Origin: Methanothrix sp.
GTDB taxonomy: Archaea > Halobacteriota > Methanosarcinia > Methanotrichales > Methanotrichaceae
Assembly (NCBI GenBank): GCA_963682135.1
Contig: OY821645.1
Span: 2,816,001 to 2,880,000, forward strand
Reading direction: 5' to 3'
Length of the DNA stretch: 64,000 bases
Shown: one piece after another, positions 50,735 through 60,321 of the stretch
How positions within the stretch are numbered: the first letter of the stretch is position 1
Layout of the letters: each line of letters opens with the position of its first letter
Translations under genes and position numbers: made by a program
The notes under the pieces: generated by a model
Database searches by the model: none
The model's input: the letters and a program-made list of their open reading frames with translations, nothing else
Told to the model about the DNA's origin: nothing

Positions 50735-50805
50735 AAAAATCACCTTTTAATATTAAGCTAATAAACAGGGTATTTGGAGGAATCTAAATCTACTCAATAA
50801 AACTG

Positions 50806-51243
50806 ATGTTGTCAATCCTGGCGCTGGGAATGCTAGCTACAGTGGGCGCTGCCTTGGATGGTATGGGCGATTTCGAATCTGCACCCCGTGATGGCGGACC
50901 TGACGGTTTCGGTGGTCACGGTGGTCATGACGGTTTCGATGGTCGTGGTGATAATCATGATTTCGGCAGCCATAGATATAACGATTGGCTGAATCCCGGT
51001 GGTTATTCGTATACCTATAGCTGGGGATATCCATCTTATTACCCAAATTACTGGTATCCAACATATACTTACACCTATCCGACCTACTACACAACGCCGG
51101 TAGTCTATCCAACATATAATTACTACTACGACCCGGTAGTCTATGACCCCTGGTATGCAACCAATGTCTATGGATGGGGTGGAGCGAGCTACTACTATTC
51201 CAGTAGCTGGTCCTGGTCTAATCATGGCGGATACTTTTTCTAA
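50806..51243 (+). CDS. Secreted Gly/Asp/His- then Tyr/Pro/Thr-rich low-complexity protein
   Basis: Hydrophobic N-terminus, GGHGGHDG, then YPTYTYTYPTYY. Confidence 0.75.
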   Translation: MLSILALGMLATVGAALDGMGDFESAPRDGGPDGFGGHGGHDGFDGRGDNHDFGSHRYNDWLNPGGYSYTYSWGYPSYYPNYWYPTYTYTYPTYYTTPVVYPTYNYYYDPVVYDPWYATNVYGWGGASYYYSSSWSWSNHGGYFF

Positions 51244-51320
51244 AGATCCAGCCTACGAGTAACGCAGCGTCAGCTTTGGGGAAAGATCGGAAAAACGATC
51301 GAGAAAAACGGTTTCAAACA

Positions 51321-51385
51321 CTGCTGCCGGAAAGGGATTCTGGCGGCAGCCAATCATGTGTTTTTTTTTGTCAAAAAAGAAAAAT
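51321..51385. terminator. Hairpin with T and A tracts between convergent genes
   Basis: CTGCTGCCGGAA...TTCTGGCGGCAG, then T10 and an A-rich tract. Confidence 0.5.
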
Positions 51386-51396
51386 CAACTGTTCTC

Positions 51397-52152
51397 TCAA
51401 GCCGCTGTCTTATCCTCAGAATTCGGCTCTTGCGATCCAGTTGCATCTTCTGCAGGCTCTTTTGCCGGTGGCGAGATGAGCTCTGATGTAACGCGCTCAC
51501 CAGTATGCTTCTCGACATAGTCTACCTCTTTCAGCCCCAGATGATGGATAATCATATCCGCCAGGCCGCGCCTGATCATGAGCCACTCTTTGTAATAGGA
51601 GAGCTCCCAAGGAACGGTAATTATAGCCACATCATCCTTTATTTCCGCTTCGAGATCCATACGGGAAAAGGTCTTGATGAGGGCTTTGAGCTTCTCTTGC
51701 AGATCCTCGATGAACTCATTGATCCTGTATTCATAGACTATGGTCCTGTCGGCCAGAGGATGGTTGAAGTCAACGCTTACCTTTCGCCCGAATATTCTGG
51801 TGACGGTTCCAACCTTATTCTCAACGCCTACGCGCATGCCGGGAACTGGCTTTTTATCCTTAAATTTGTTTATGGGGACGATCTCAACTTTCTTGGGGTC
51901 CCGCAGTCCGAAGGCGCCCTCGGGTGGTATCTCCACCTTGCCACTGTAACCGACCTCTTTTCCGATCAGATCTTCTTCGAAGCCCTTCACGAGTTGGCCT
52001 GCGCCAATTACTATGAGGTGTGGCCCGTACTGGGCCTCTTCGTCAAATATTCCCTTTTCTGTCGCAATGTCCTTATCCGTGGCAGCAATTACCTGCCCTT
52101 CAACGCTCTCCGTGTAATCAATTCTGATGAAATCGCCATTTTTCACAGTCAT
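51397..52152 (-). CDS. slyD: Long-type archaeal FKBP peptidyl-prolyl isomerase
   Basis: GDFIRIDY, GAGQLVKGFEE, PPEGAFG, VDFNHPLA. Confidence 0.92.
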   Translation of the reverse strand: MTVKNGDFIRIDYTESVEGQVIAATDKDIATEKGIFDEEAQYGPHLIVIGAGQLVKGFEEDLIGKEVGYSGKVEIPPEGAFGLRDPKKVEIVPINKFKDKKPVPGMRVGVENKVGTVTRIFGRKVSVDFNHPLADRTIVYEYRINEFIEDLQEKLKALIKTFSRMDLEAEIKDDVAIITVPWELSYYKEWLMIRRGLADMIIHHLGLKEVDYVEKHTGERVTSELISPPAKEPAEDATGSQEPNSEDKTAA

Positions 52153-52237
52153 CTTTTACTCCATCCTAAGCTTAAATGAACTTCAACTAATCCGGGGCAA
52201 GACATGCCTTAAACCTGATTTATACTTTCGCATTCGT

Positions 52238-52717
52238 TCAGATCAAGTATTCCGCGATTCTGTCGGTGAGAGGCTGCTCACAATAGAGGCAGCGCAGCAA
52301 GACCGGGTTCTTGGTCTTGACAAGCATCCTGGATTTTATGGGCTCGAGGGTATTGGAGATGCAGTTGGGATTCTGGCAGCGCACCACCCCTACAATCTCA
52401 TCGGGCAGATCCACAGTTCGCTTTTCAATGACTTTGCCGTCCCGTATGATATTGATAGATGCGGCCGGGGCAATTAAAGCGATCCTGTTCACCTCTTCCT
52501 CGAACAGCTCGCGGTCCTCCACCTTGACGATGTCTTTTTTGCCCAGTTTCCTGCTTTCCACGTTCATGACCACGGAGACTGTGGCGTCTGTTGTGCCGGC
52601 TATTCCCAGGATCTTGAGAACATTCAGCGCCTGGCCTCCGGCGATGTGGTCAATCACCGTTCCATTGTTGATGGGCTTTACCCGCAATCCCTTTGGCACA
52701 TCTTTAATCTCTGACAT
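52238..52717 (-). CDS. pyrI: Aspartate carbamoyltransferase regulatory chain
   Basis: NGTVIDHI, KKDIVKVE, RCQNPNCIS, RCLYCE. Confidence 0.97.
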   Translation of the reverse strand: MSEIKDVPKGLRVKPINNGTVIDHIAGGQALNVLKILGIAGTTDATVSVVMNVESRKLGKKDIVKVEDRELFEEEVNRIALIAPAASINIIRDGKVIEKRTVDLPDEIVGVVRCQNPNCISNTLEPIKSRMLVKTKNPVLLRCLYCEQPLTDRIAEYLI

Positions 52718-52718
52718 T

Positions 52719-53639
52719 TTAGCTACCCCCGCCAATAAGCATTTTGAGAAGAGCCATGCGAACGGGAACGCCATAGAAGGACTGCTGGAAGTAGCGAGCG
52801 TGCGGCGTCCCATCCACGGATGGGGCAATCTCGTCCACGCGCGGCAAAGGATGCATGACAATGAGCCCCTCTCTTGCCCCGGCCATGAACTCGGGCGTGA
52901 TCCTGTAGCAACTGGCCACTTTATTATACTCTACCGGGTCTGGGAACCTCTCGCGCTGAATGCGTGTCATGTAAAGCACATCCACGTTGTTGATCACATC
53001 TCCCAGGTCATAGGTCTCGCGAACGCGAGTACCCTTGCTGGAGAGGTCTGCCTTAATGGGATCAGGCATTCTCAGGCTGGCGGGAGAGACCAGAGTTATA
53101 TCGGCTCCGAAGAGCGAGAGGGCATAAGCCAGAGAGTGAACCGTGCGGCCATATTTCAGATCGCCGACAAGGGCAATGCTCAGATTTTCCAGATGGCTCT
53201 CTTTCTTGATGGTGTAAAGGTCCAGAAGTGTCTGAGTGGGATGATGCCCGGCACCGTCCCCGGCGTTGAGCACGGGCACAGGTGAGAACTGGGAGGCGAG
53301 GCGGGCCGAGCCTTCTTTGGGATGACGGATGACCAGGGCATCGGCATAGCCGCCAATGACACGCACTGTGTCCGCCAGCGACTCGCCTTTGGAGATGGAG
53401 GACCCCTCTGCCGGCCCCAGGTTGATGACGCCTCCGCCCAGCCTTTTCATGGCCGTCTCAAATGACATGCGCGTTCTGGTGGAGGGCTCAAAGAAAAGCA
53501 GAGCCAGGATTTTGCCTGCCATCATATTGCTCTTCTGTCCTCGCGCATAAGGCTCCAGGGACGCGGCCAGATCGAGGACTGAGTCGATCTCCTCTCTGGA
53601 GAACTCTCGCATGGTGAGCACATGTCTCTTCATGAACAT
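52719..53639 (-). CDS. pyrB: Aspartate carbamoyltransferase catalytic chain
   Basis: FFEPSTRTRMSF, NAGDG..HPTQ, HPLPR. Confidence 0.98.
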   Translation of the reverse strand: MFMKRHVLTMREFSREEIDSVLDLAASLEPYARGQKSNMMAGKILALLFFEPSTRTRMSFETAMKRLGGGVINLGPAEGSSISKGESLADTVRVIGGYADALVIRHPKEGSARLASQFSPVPVLNAGDGAGHHPTQTLLDLYTIKKESHLENLSIALVGDLKYGRTVHSLAYALSLFGADITLVSPASLRMPDPIKADLSSKGTRVRETYDLGDVINNVDVLYMTRIQRERFPDPVEYNKVASCYRITPEFMAGAREGLIVMHPLPRVDEIAPSVDGTPHARYFQQSFYGVPVRMALLKMLIGGGS

Positions 53640-53764
53640 GGCTTACCATCTCAATTTATGAGATAATAAGGCTTCCATGGAGAGGCAGAAAGTCGCTGGA
53701 GACTCATTCATCTATTATGCAACGGTTGTATAAGAGTTGACACCAGACAAATGAGGTAAAGCCC

Positions 53765-54853
53765 ATGAAGAACGAAAGAACGGTTTCATCACAACAATAT
53801 TCGCCGACTATGACCGAGGATTACAGCCGGATCTCAGATACGGCCCGGGCAGTGAATGCAGAGGTACTGCCCAGGATGGCGTCCTACATCCGGCGCATCT
53901 CGGCGCAGATCGCTGCCATGAGCGCCGATGAGGCGTTTGTGATCGCCGATTATGGAGCCGCAGACGGCGTGAATTCCAGCGAGTTGTTTGAAGAGGTCAT
54001 CCGTCTGATTCACGAGGTGAATCCTATCCTGGCCATCAAATTGGTCTATATCGATCTGGCGGATCCGGCGAATTTTCTGGCGTTCTGGGCCGCCTCGGCT
54101 CTGGCGAAGTTGGAGCACGTAGAGGCCCGGTACATCCAGCGGTCCTTTTATGAACCATTTCCTGAGATAAAAGGCAGACTTCAGATCGGTTTTTCCTCAA
54201 CTGCATTGCACTGGATGAATGCCCAAACGGTTGGAGCTGATTTTTTCCGCCATCCTCTCTGCATACAGCCCAACCAGCTCAATGATGGTCAGCGCAGAAA
54301 ATTTGCGGAAAAGTGGAAAGATGATTTTCGGACGTTTCTGCAAGAATGCTCGACATCGCTGGTTAAGGGAGGAGCCCTGTTTCTTGCCAACCTTGCCAAT
54401 CTAGGAGACGACCAGTGGCCGGCTTCGCCCGGATATAACAACCTACGGGATATTTGCCAGGAATTGTATGTGGAGAAGAAGCTTTCCAGGGCGGAGCTTG
54501 AGGCCATTTTTATACCGGATTACTTTGCGACGCCTCATGAAATGTCCGGCTTGCTGGATGAAGACGATCTCAGGGCTTGTTTTGCGATCAATGCCGTTGA
54601 TCCTTTGACTGTCCCGTGCGCCTATTTCTGCAAAGCGCAGGACAGGCTGGATGACCCAGAGAAAAGGTCCGAGCTTGCGGCTACCCTGGCCCGTGTAGTC
54701 AGGGCCTGGAGTGAATCCTCGATGCAAATCGGACTCAATCCGGATAACAAAGAGCTGATTGAAGACATCTATCGACGGCTGCAAGAGAAGTTCTATGAGA
54801 AACCAGAAGGCTTGCCCTATCAATATTGTCTGCTCGAACTGGAAAAAAGATGA
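53765..54853 (+). CDS. SAM-dependent carboxyl methyltransferase (SABATH / Methyltransf_7-like)
   Basis: IADYGAADGVNS, RSFYE, FSSTALHW, KDDFRTFL..C...LVKGG. Confidence 0.72.
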   Translation: MKNERTVSSQQYSPTMTEDYSRISDTARAVNAEVLPRMASYIRRISAQIAAMSADEAFVIADYGAADGVNSSELFEEVIRLIHEVNPILAIKLVYIDLADPANFLAFWAASALAKLEHVEARYIQRSFYEPFPEIKGRLQIGFSSTALHWMNAQTVGADFFRHPLCIQPNQLNDGQRRKFAEKWKDDFRTFLQECSTSLVKGGALFLANLANLGDDQWPASPGYNNLRDICQELYVEKKLSRAELEAIFIPDYFATPHEMSGLLDEDDLRACFAINAVDPLTVPCAYFCKAQDRLDDPEKRSELAATLARVVRAWSESSMQIGLNPDNKELIEDIYRRLQEKFYEKPEGLPYQYCLLELEKR

Positions 54854-54967
54854 AGGTTAATGCCTTCATCCATAGTAATCTATATCTGTGTGTTGCCGGT
54901 AACTTGCGTTGCTGGATGATACAATAATTTGCGTGCCACCAAAAGCTGTGGTAGTCGTTTTGAATTT

Positions 54968-55819
54968 TTATCTTTTTTCGGGGACTTTATGACTATCCAC
55001 CATTGACTTAGCAACTTTAAACGCAATGCTGCTTCCAGGCAGTAATAGATTGGCAGCATCTGCTCCTACATCGAAAATGAGATCGCGAGTGATCATCTTC
55101 TCGAACTGCTGTCGCAATGTTACACCCCCGGAAGTCATGACTCCCGTGAGACCATCGAATTCGACTACCGTTGTCTTGCCCTTTGGCTCCCATTTATATT
55201 CGAACGCGTAGACAGGTCTAAAGTATAGGTCCACAATGTGGATATTTGCTTTTTCCTCATGAATTGTGTCTGCCTGGATCGGTCGCAGCATAGATGCCAA
55301 TACCTGACGTACTGCGGCGCTTGCATGCATTTCTGGCATCACAACAATGCATCCCTCGCTTGACAGTTTTTCAATATCGATTACTGTCTCCTTGTCAAAG
55401 CGTAAGTATTTTTCCCACTGTTGTTCTTTTCCACGCACGGCGTCAAAGATAATTTCAGTACTGCATTCTTCCATGCAGTGTTCGGTTCCGGTAATTGCAA
55501 ACTGCCGTGGTTCTGCCCCAATTGTATAATCTTTTCCATCTACAGTTACACGTTTTACCTCTGGAGCAATTACAGGGACGTTATAGGAACGTGTGCGGTC
55601 GTATTCGTAGTGCACATTGCAGGCTATATGCCAGAACGGCTCATAACGAAACTCGTTGTATGTGATTTTGACGTCCTCAGACTTAGGACGAGAGAAAAGC
55701 CCTGTAAGACCGCTACCAAAGACTGTGGTTTTTTTATCCCATGCTTTCTCCCGTGCTTCATCCATGCTAAGTGTGGGCAGCAGGCGGAAAATTTGTTCTT
55801 CACCAAATCTGATATCCAT
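54968..55819 (-). CDS. Hypothetical protein
   Basis: 283-aa ORF with YEPFW and YFRPVYAFEY..FDGLTG. No family recognised. Confidence 0.75.
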   Translation of the reverse strand: MDIRFGEEQIFRLLPTLSMDEAREKAWDKKTTVFGSGLTGLFSRPKSEDVKITYNEFRYEPFWHIACNVHYEYDRTRSYNVPVIAPEVKRVTVDGKDYTIGAEPRQFAITGTEHCMEECSTEIIFDAVRGKEQQWEKYLRFDKETVIDIEKLSSEGCIVVMPEMHASAAVRQVLASMLRPIQADTIHEEKANIHIVDLYFRPVYAFEYKWEPKGKTTVVEFDGLTGVMTSGGVTLRQQFEKMITRDLIFDVGADAANLLLPGSSIAFKVAKSMVDSHKVPEKR

Positions 55820-55860
55820 ACTACACCCTCAGATTCGATTCCATGAATAGGTCCCATAGG

Positions 55861-57096
55861 TTATTTGCTATTATAAACGTTTTGAGTTGTCTGGGAGGAT
55901 GGCTTGTTTTCAGGAATCTGCTTTATAAACGGCTTTTGGGAAAGCATTAGCCACAAGGCAAGACATGTCACACCGGCCAGGATATTCATCGTTCCCAGAA
56001 CCTGAATGGTATTGCTCCAGGGCAGAGAGATTATGGTCATACCGACGCTGCCCATAAAGATGCCAAAGCAGCTCATGAGAGCCGAAGCTGAGCCGGTATC
56101 TTCTTCCTGCTGCTCTAACATCAGATTGGCTCCGGGAGTGCGCACACAACTGGCCATAAGCGTAGCAGGCAGCAGCACCAGGGCAAATATTATGGGTTTG
56201 ATGCTTCCTAGAAGAAGGATCAATAGTCCGCTGGCCGAGATGACAGCAAAGCAGGTTATGATAATTGATCGGCGCAAAAAACGTCGGGCCAGCCGCAGAT
56301 ATAACACGGGCCCAGTGATCATTCCCAGAGCATTGAAGGCAAAATAGTAGCTGTAAACCTGCTCGCTCAGGCCGAATCCATTTATGTAAATATACGAGGA
56401 TGCCGCTATAAATGCCATGCTGGATACGCTGAGCAATGAAAAGATCAGGAGCAAGGAGGCAAAGCCAGGATTTTTTGCCACTTTGCCCAGCCTCCCCCAG
56501 GCCTGCCCTGCCGTTCCAGTATAGCGTTTCTCGGTCGTCTCCTGTAAAGCTATGCTTCCCGCCAGCGCCAGCAGGCCGATTCCTCCCAGAATCAGGAACA
56601 CTCCTCTCCAAGAGGTAATGCGAAGCAAGAGGGCGCCTAAGACGGGTGCGGCCATGGGAGATATGAGTACCATGGACTGAACCAGAGCTAAAATCGTCTC
56701 CCTGTTTTTTCTGTCGTAGACATCCTTTATTATGGCGGTGGCTACGGCAAAAGCCCCACTTCCACCCAGGGCTTGCAGGATCCGGAATAGTATTAGTTGG
56801 TAGATATCCACTGAACCCGCGCACAGGAAGCCGGCCACAGAATAGATGGACAGAGCAATCAGCAGTACCGGTCTGCGTCCGTATTTGTCGCTTTGCGGAC
56901 CCCAAAAGAGAGTTCCTGCTGCGAAAAAGACAAAAAACAGGATTAAAGTGAGATTGGCCAGGTCGGTTGATACCCCGAAAAATTTGGCCATCCCGGGCAA
57001 TGCGGGAAGATAAAGGTCAGTGGATAGCGGAACGAAGGCGCTCAGGAATGCTATGAGTCCGATTAGGCCCTTTTCACCCAGATACCTTTGTCTCAA
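55861..57096 (-). CDS. Bcr/CflA family MFS efflux transporter
   Basis: STDLYLPALP, GPQSDKYGRRPVL. Probable TTG start overlapping the upstream TGA. Confidence 0.9.
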   Translation of the reverse strand: MRQRYLGEKGLIGLIAFLSAFVPLSTDLYLPALPGMAKFFGVSTDLANLTLILFFVFFAAGTLFWGPQSDKYGRRPVLLIALSIYSVAGFLCAGSVDIYQLILFRILQALGGSGAFAVATAIIKDVYDRKNRETILALVQSMVLISPMAAPVLGALLLRITSWRGVFLILGGIGLLALAGSIALQETTEKRYTGTAGQAWGRLGKVAKNPGFASLLLIFSLLSVSSMAFIAASSYIYINGFGLSEQVYSYYFAFNALGMITGPVLYLRLARRFLRRSIIITCFAVISASGLLILLLGSIKPIIFALVLLPATLMASCVRTPGANLMLEQQEEDTGSASALMSCFGIFMGSVGMTIISLPWSNTIQVLGTMNILAGVTCLALWLMLSQKPFIKQIPENKPSSQTTQNVYNSK

Positions 57097-57680
57097 TCTC
57101 CGCCCCAGCAGCTCTTCTTCTTCTCCGTTCTCTCCAGAAGATCGCATAGCTTGTTGGCGCTCGCGACGACCGTCTTTCTGCCGATGCGATCCTCAGCCGC
57201 AGGCCGAACGGCAATGCCTCCGAAGTGGGCATCATCGCCAACTACTATCATGCCGTGGATGTGCATCCAGGCGTGCACCGTATCCAGCGCCTTCTCCTGG
57301 CCGCCGTTTCTGGCTCCACCAACGCTGAGGGCGCAGCCGACCTTATCCTTGAGACGAAAGCCCTGCCTGCGTAGCGGGATAGTCCTGTCGAAGATTGCTT
57401 TAAGCTGAGCAGTCACGCTTCCAAAGTAGACCGGCGTGGCGATGATGATACCGTCTGCTCTTTCCAGCGAGGAGAGGAGTTGCATCATATCGTCCCCTTT
57501 AGGACAGGATTTTCCTTTGCTGCAATCCCCGCAGTCATTACAGAAATCTACACACATCTCTGATGCGAGATGCCTTTCAGTCTCAAAGCCCCTCTCTTTG
57601 GCCACAGACAGGGCTTCATTTAAGAGGAACTCTGTATTTCCGGCCTTTCGGGGACTGCCGCATATGCCAACTACTATCAC
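57093..57680 (-). CDS. Iron-sulfur flavoprotein (flavodoxin family)
   Basis: GSPRKAGNT, CNDCGDC...C, ATPVYFG, GGARNGGQE. Confidence 0.92.
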   Translation of the reverse strand: MIVVGICGSPRKAGNTEFLLNEALSVAKERGFETERHLASEMCVDFCNDCGDCSKGKSCPKGDDMMQLLSSLERADGIIIATPVYFGSVTAQLKAIFDRTIPLRRQGFRLKDKVGCALSVGGARNGGQEKALDTVHAWMHIHGMIVVGDDAHFGGIAVRPAAEDRIGRKTVVASANKLCDLLERTEKKKSCWGGD

Positions 57681-57874
57681 CTTTTGCTACCTCCTCCAAA
57701 GGACCCGGCAAAAGAAGATGTTCTTTTCATATTCCATGCATTCTTTCTTTTCTGTATTATAGATCTACCTGTCACGATTGAATATTCTGAGGCAGTAGCG
57801 GCTTGGGCCTGGTTTCGGGTTTACCACATATTTTTATGCCATGAGACCAAAAACAGCGGATGTAGGTCCAGACG

Positions 57875-58396
57875 ATGCGGGTCGAAAAGATGTGCAAACA
57901 ATGGATTCTTCCGGCTTTGATCGCCATCTTCACGGTGCTTTGTCTGTGCGGGGGTGGGGTCGTATGGCAATATGTGGACAGCTACAGCGATGATTCTCAT
58001 AATTCCCTGTCCTCTTTATCGGTAGCTGCATCGTCATCGGATGTCAAGGGCAAGGTGCTTTCTTTAGATCGCTCATTCGCGATTGATGGCAGTCTCTGGA
58101 GCTGGGGAGGATCTCCAAGGGGATTTTCTGTTAACAATGGGACGCTTAAATATCCGGATGACTACTATACGTCTCATTTTAACCTGGGATATAATAAAAG
58201 TGAGCCTTCTTACGGGCAGAATAAGCTTCAGAATTTAAGCCAATACTCCACTGGATTTGCCACGGGATTTAGCACGGATTATCCCGGATATAATATCTAT
58301 AGTCTTCTTTCTGATGGAAAGTCCAGCTACGATCCCTGGAATAACTATCCCGGATATGATCCGAATTATCCAGTCATTTTTCCAGAGCAAAGTTAA
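57875..58396 (+). CDS. Hypothetical exported/membrane-anchored protein
   Basis: N-terminal hydrophobic helix and Ser/Tyr/Gly-rich body. Confidence 0.7.
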   Translation: MRVEKMCKQWILPALIAIFTVLCLCGGGVVWQYVDSYSDDSHNSLSSLSVAASSSDVKGKVLSLDRSFAIDGSLWSWGGSPRGFSVNNGTLKYPDDYYTSHFNLGYNKSEPSYGQNKLQNLSQYSTGFATGFSTDYPGYNIYSLLSDGKSSYDPWNNYPGYDPNYPVIFPEQS

Positions 58397-58430
58397 TATC
58401 CGATACACGAATTTTATTATGGGATTTTGG

Positions 58431-58691
58431 ATGAATGTAGAGATCACATCGCTCCTGGACCAGGATGTCTATACTCAAAAGGGCATCTTTGTGGGCAGGG
58501 TAGAAGATGCCGTGCTTGACCCTGAGAACGGCGTGGTGAGCGGCCTGGCTCTGGGAGACGTGAACCGGGAGCTATTTGATCAAAAGGGTAAGGGGATTGT
58601 AATACCTTATCGCTGGGTTACTGCAGTGGGCGATATTGTCATTATCCGGCACCTGACTCGCAATGCAAAGGATCAGCGCAAAGTCGACTAG
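58431..58691 (+). CDS. cdpB1: PRC-barrel protein, CdpB1-like cell-division factor
   Basis: EITSLLDQDVYTQKGIFVGRVED...GLAL...IPYRWVTAVGDIVII resembles euryarchaeal CdpB1. Confidence 0.75.
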   Translation: MNVEITSLLDQDVYTQKGIFVGRVEDAVLDPENGVVSGLALGDVNRELFDQKGKGIVIPYRWVTAVGDIVIIRHLTRNAKDQRKVD

Positions 58692-59358
58692 CTGGGAGAT
58701 CTATTCCGGCCTATGTGCTCGCGCGCCACTGGTAGTAAGAGCGGACGGAAGAGGTTTTAAAAAGGTGCTGGAGGAAAGCTCAAAGCCCTACGACATCAAT
58801 TTTGCCGGATCGATGGTAGCCGCTGTGGAGAAATTCTTACTGGATTTTGGGCCCACTCCCGCTCTGGCCTTCACATTCTCTGATGAGATCAGCCTGGTCT
58901 TTCTTGATGCGCCCTTTGCCGGTAGAGTGGAAAAGATCGATTCGCTGGTCGCAGGTTTTCTCTCGGCGGCGCTATCTCTGGAACTTCACAGGCTCGTTTC
59001 CATGGATTGTCGCACGATTCCTCTTTGTCAGGAGGAGATATGCAGCTACCTTGTGGAGCGGCAGAATGAAACCTGGAGAAATCATGTCTTTTCTTACGGC
59101 TTTTACCTGTTGCGAGAGGAGGGTCTCAATGAGACCCGGTCAATGGAAAAGCTGCGTGGGTTAAGGGAGCCGGAGATTCATGAGCTTGTCTTCCAGAAGG
59201 GCATAAATCTGGCCAAGACCCCTGCCTGGGAGAGGCGAGGCGTGATGGTCTACCGCAAAGAAGGGCAGGTGGCAGTGGATTGGGATATCCCGCTCTTCTC
59301 GACAAAAGAAGGAAAAGCGCTTTTAATGGAGATAATTAGCCATGCAAAGTCTGGATAA
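58663..59358 (+). CDS. thg1: tRNA(His) guanylyltransferase Thg1-like protein
   Basis: VVRADGRGF, FSDEISL, GRVEKIDS, DCR, RQNETWRN, PAWERRG. Confidence 0.92.
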   Translation: MQRISAKSTSWEIYSGLCARAPLVVRADGRGFKKVLEESSKPYDINFAGSMVAAVEKFLLDFGPTPALAFTFSDEISLVFLDAPFAGRVEKIDSLVAGFLSAALSLELHRLVSMDCRTIPLCQEEICSYLVERQNETWRNHVFSYGFYLLREEGLNETRSMEKLRGLREPEIHELVFQKGINLAKTPAWERRGVMVYRKEGQVAVDWDIPLFSTKEGKALLMEIISHAKSG

Positions 59359-59403
59359 AAGAGGTACCATCAGATAACCGAGGAAACGATAATCTGGTAA
59401 CTA

Positions 59404-60237
59404 TCATCTATCGCTTTGGGAAAGAATCGTGAAGTATCTCTTGATTATATCTTTGTTTTCGGGGGGAAGGCTCTCGATATAGAGCTCAGATGAAACTGCG
59501 GTTGCGTCTCCTGCTTGGGATTGCGAGAAGACGCGTTCCACCGGCTCTGTGTTTCTGGCCAGAGATCCTGCTCCTATTCCCGGATAGAGCATAATTTCCA
59601 TCTTGTTCTCATTTAAGATAGCCAGAGAGGGATTGCCGAAAAGGTTTCCTGTGAGGTTAATTTCCTGGTTTGCGCTTTGCGCAGGAATTTCATTCTCAAA
59701 AGCAGAAAGGGCTCTGTCCCTTAAATCGGCAAGGGACTGAAAATCCGATGGATTGATAATATCGCTCTGCGCCAAGAGAATGGCCGCACCTGATATAATT
59801 ACGATAATAAGTGCCCTGCTGCTGATCCGTCGTGAATTGAGGATATCTGAAGGCTTGATTCTATTCAGGCTTGCTTTGATCTCTCTGGCAAGGTCTTGCA
59901 TGGGCAGAGAATCAGCATCGCGATTGTCGTAAGCGGTTTTGGCTTTCTCGGAGAGCTGGGGTCCCAGGAGCGGAAATATGTCTGCCTTTTTCCGCCTCTT
60001 GATGAGCGCGGCTGCGGCCAAGCCGATGATTATGGAGAGAACTGCGGGTAAAGCTGCGAGGAGAGAGTCATCCTGATAATAGAAGCTCATAAAGCCGGGA
60101 AGGCCGATAACCTCTGCCAGGGCGTATACTGTAATGGAAATTATTGCAGCATTCATTGCCCATATGGTTCTTTCAAAGCGGAGGTAAGCCTGGGTCAGCC
60201 TGCTCAGGGGTTGGAGAAATTCATAGGGCCCTTTCAC
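59404..60237 (-). CDS. Hypothetical membrane protein
   Basis: Three TM helices and C-terminal LPPENKDIIKRYF. Confidence 0.75.
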   Translation of the reverse strand: MKGPYEFLQPLSRLTQAYLRFERTIWAMNAAIISITVYALAEVIGLPGFMSFYYQDDSLLAALPAVLSIIIGLAAAALIKRRKKADIFPLLGPQLSEKAKTAYDNRDADSLPMQDLAREIKASLNRIKPSDILNSRRISSRALIIVIISGAAILLAQSDIINPSDFQSLADLRDRALSAFENEIPAQSANQEINLTGNLFGNPSLAILNENKMEIMLYPGIGAGSLARNTEPVERVFSQSQAGDATAVSSELYIESLPPENKDIIKRYFTILSQSDR

Positions 60238-60321
60238 AATATTTATTCCTATGGTGCCAATAAATAGTTTTTGCAGGGAATGCTGAAAAGAGTTTATATT
60301 ACCTGGTCAATGGAATATAAA

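Noticed and set aside
51505-57762. Long overlapping alternative ORFs over slyD, pyrBI, the MFS gene and the flavoprotein gene
   Set aside because: Shadow frames of well-supported genes in GC-richer DNA.
58663-59358. Pyrrolysine readthrough in Thg1
   Set aside because: The ORF is continuous with no in-frame TAG.
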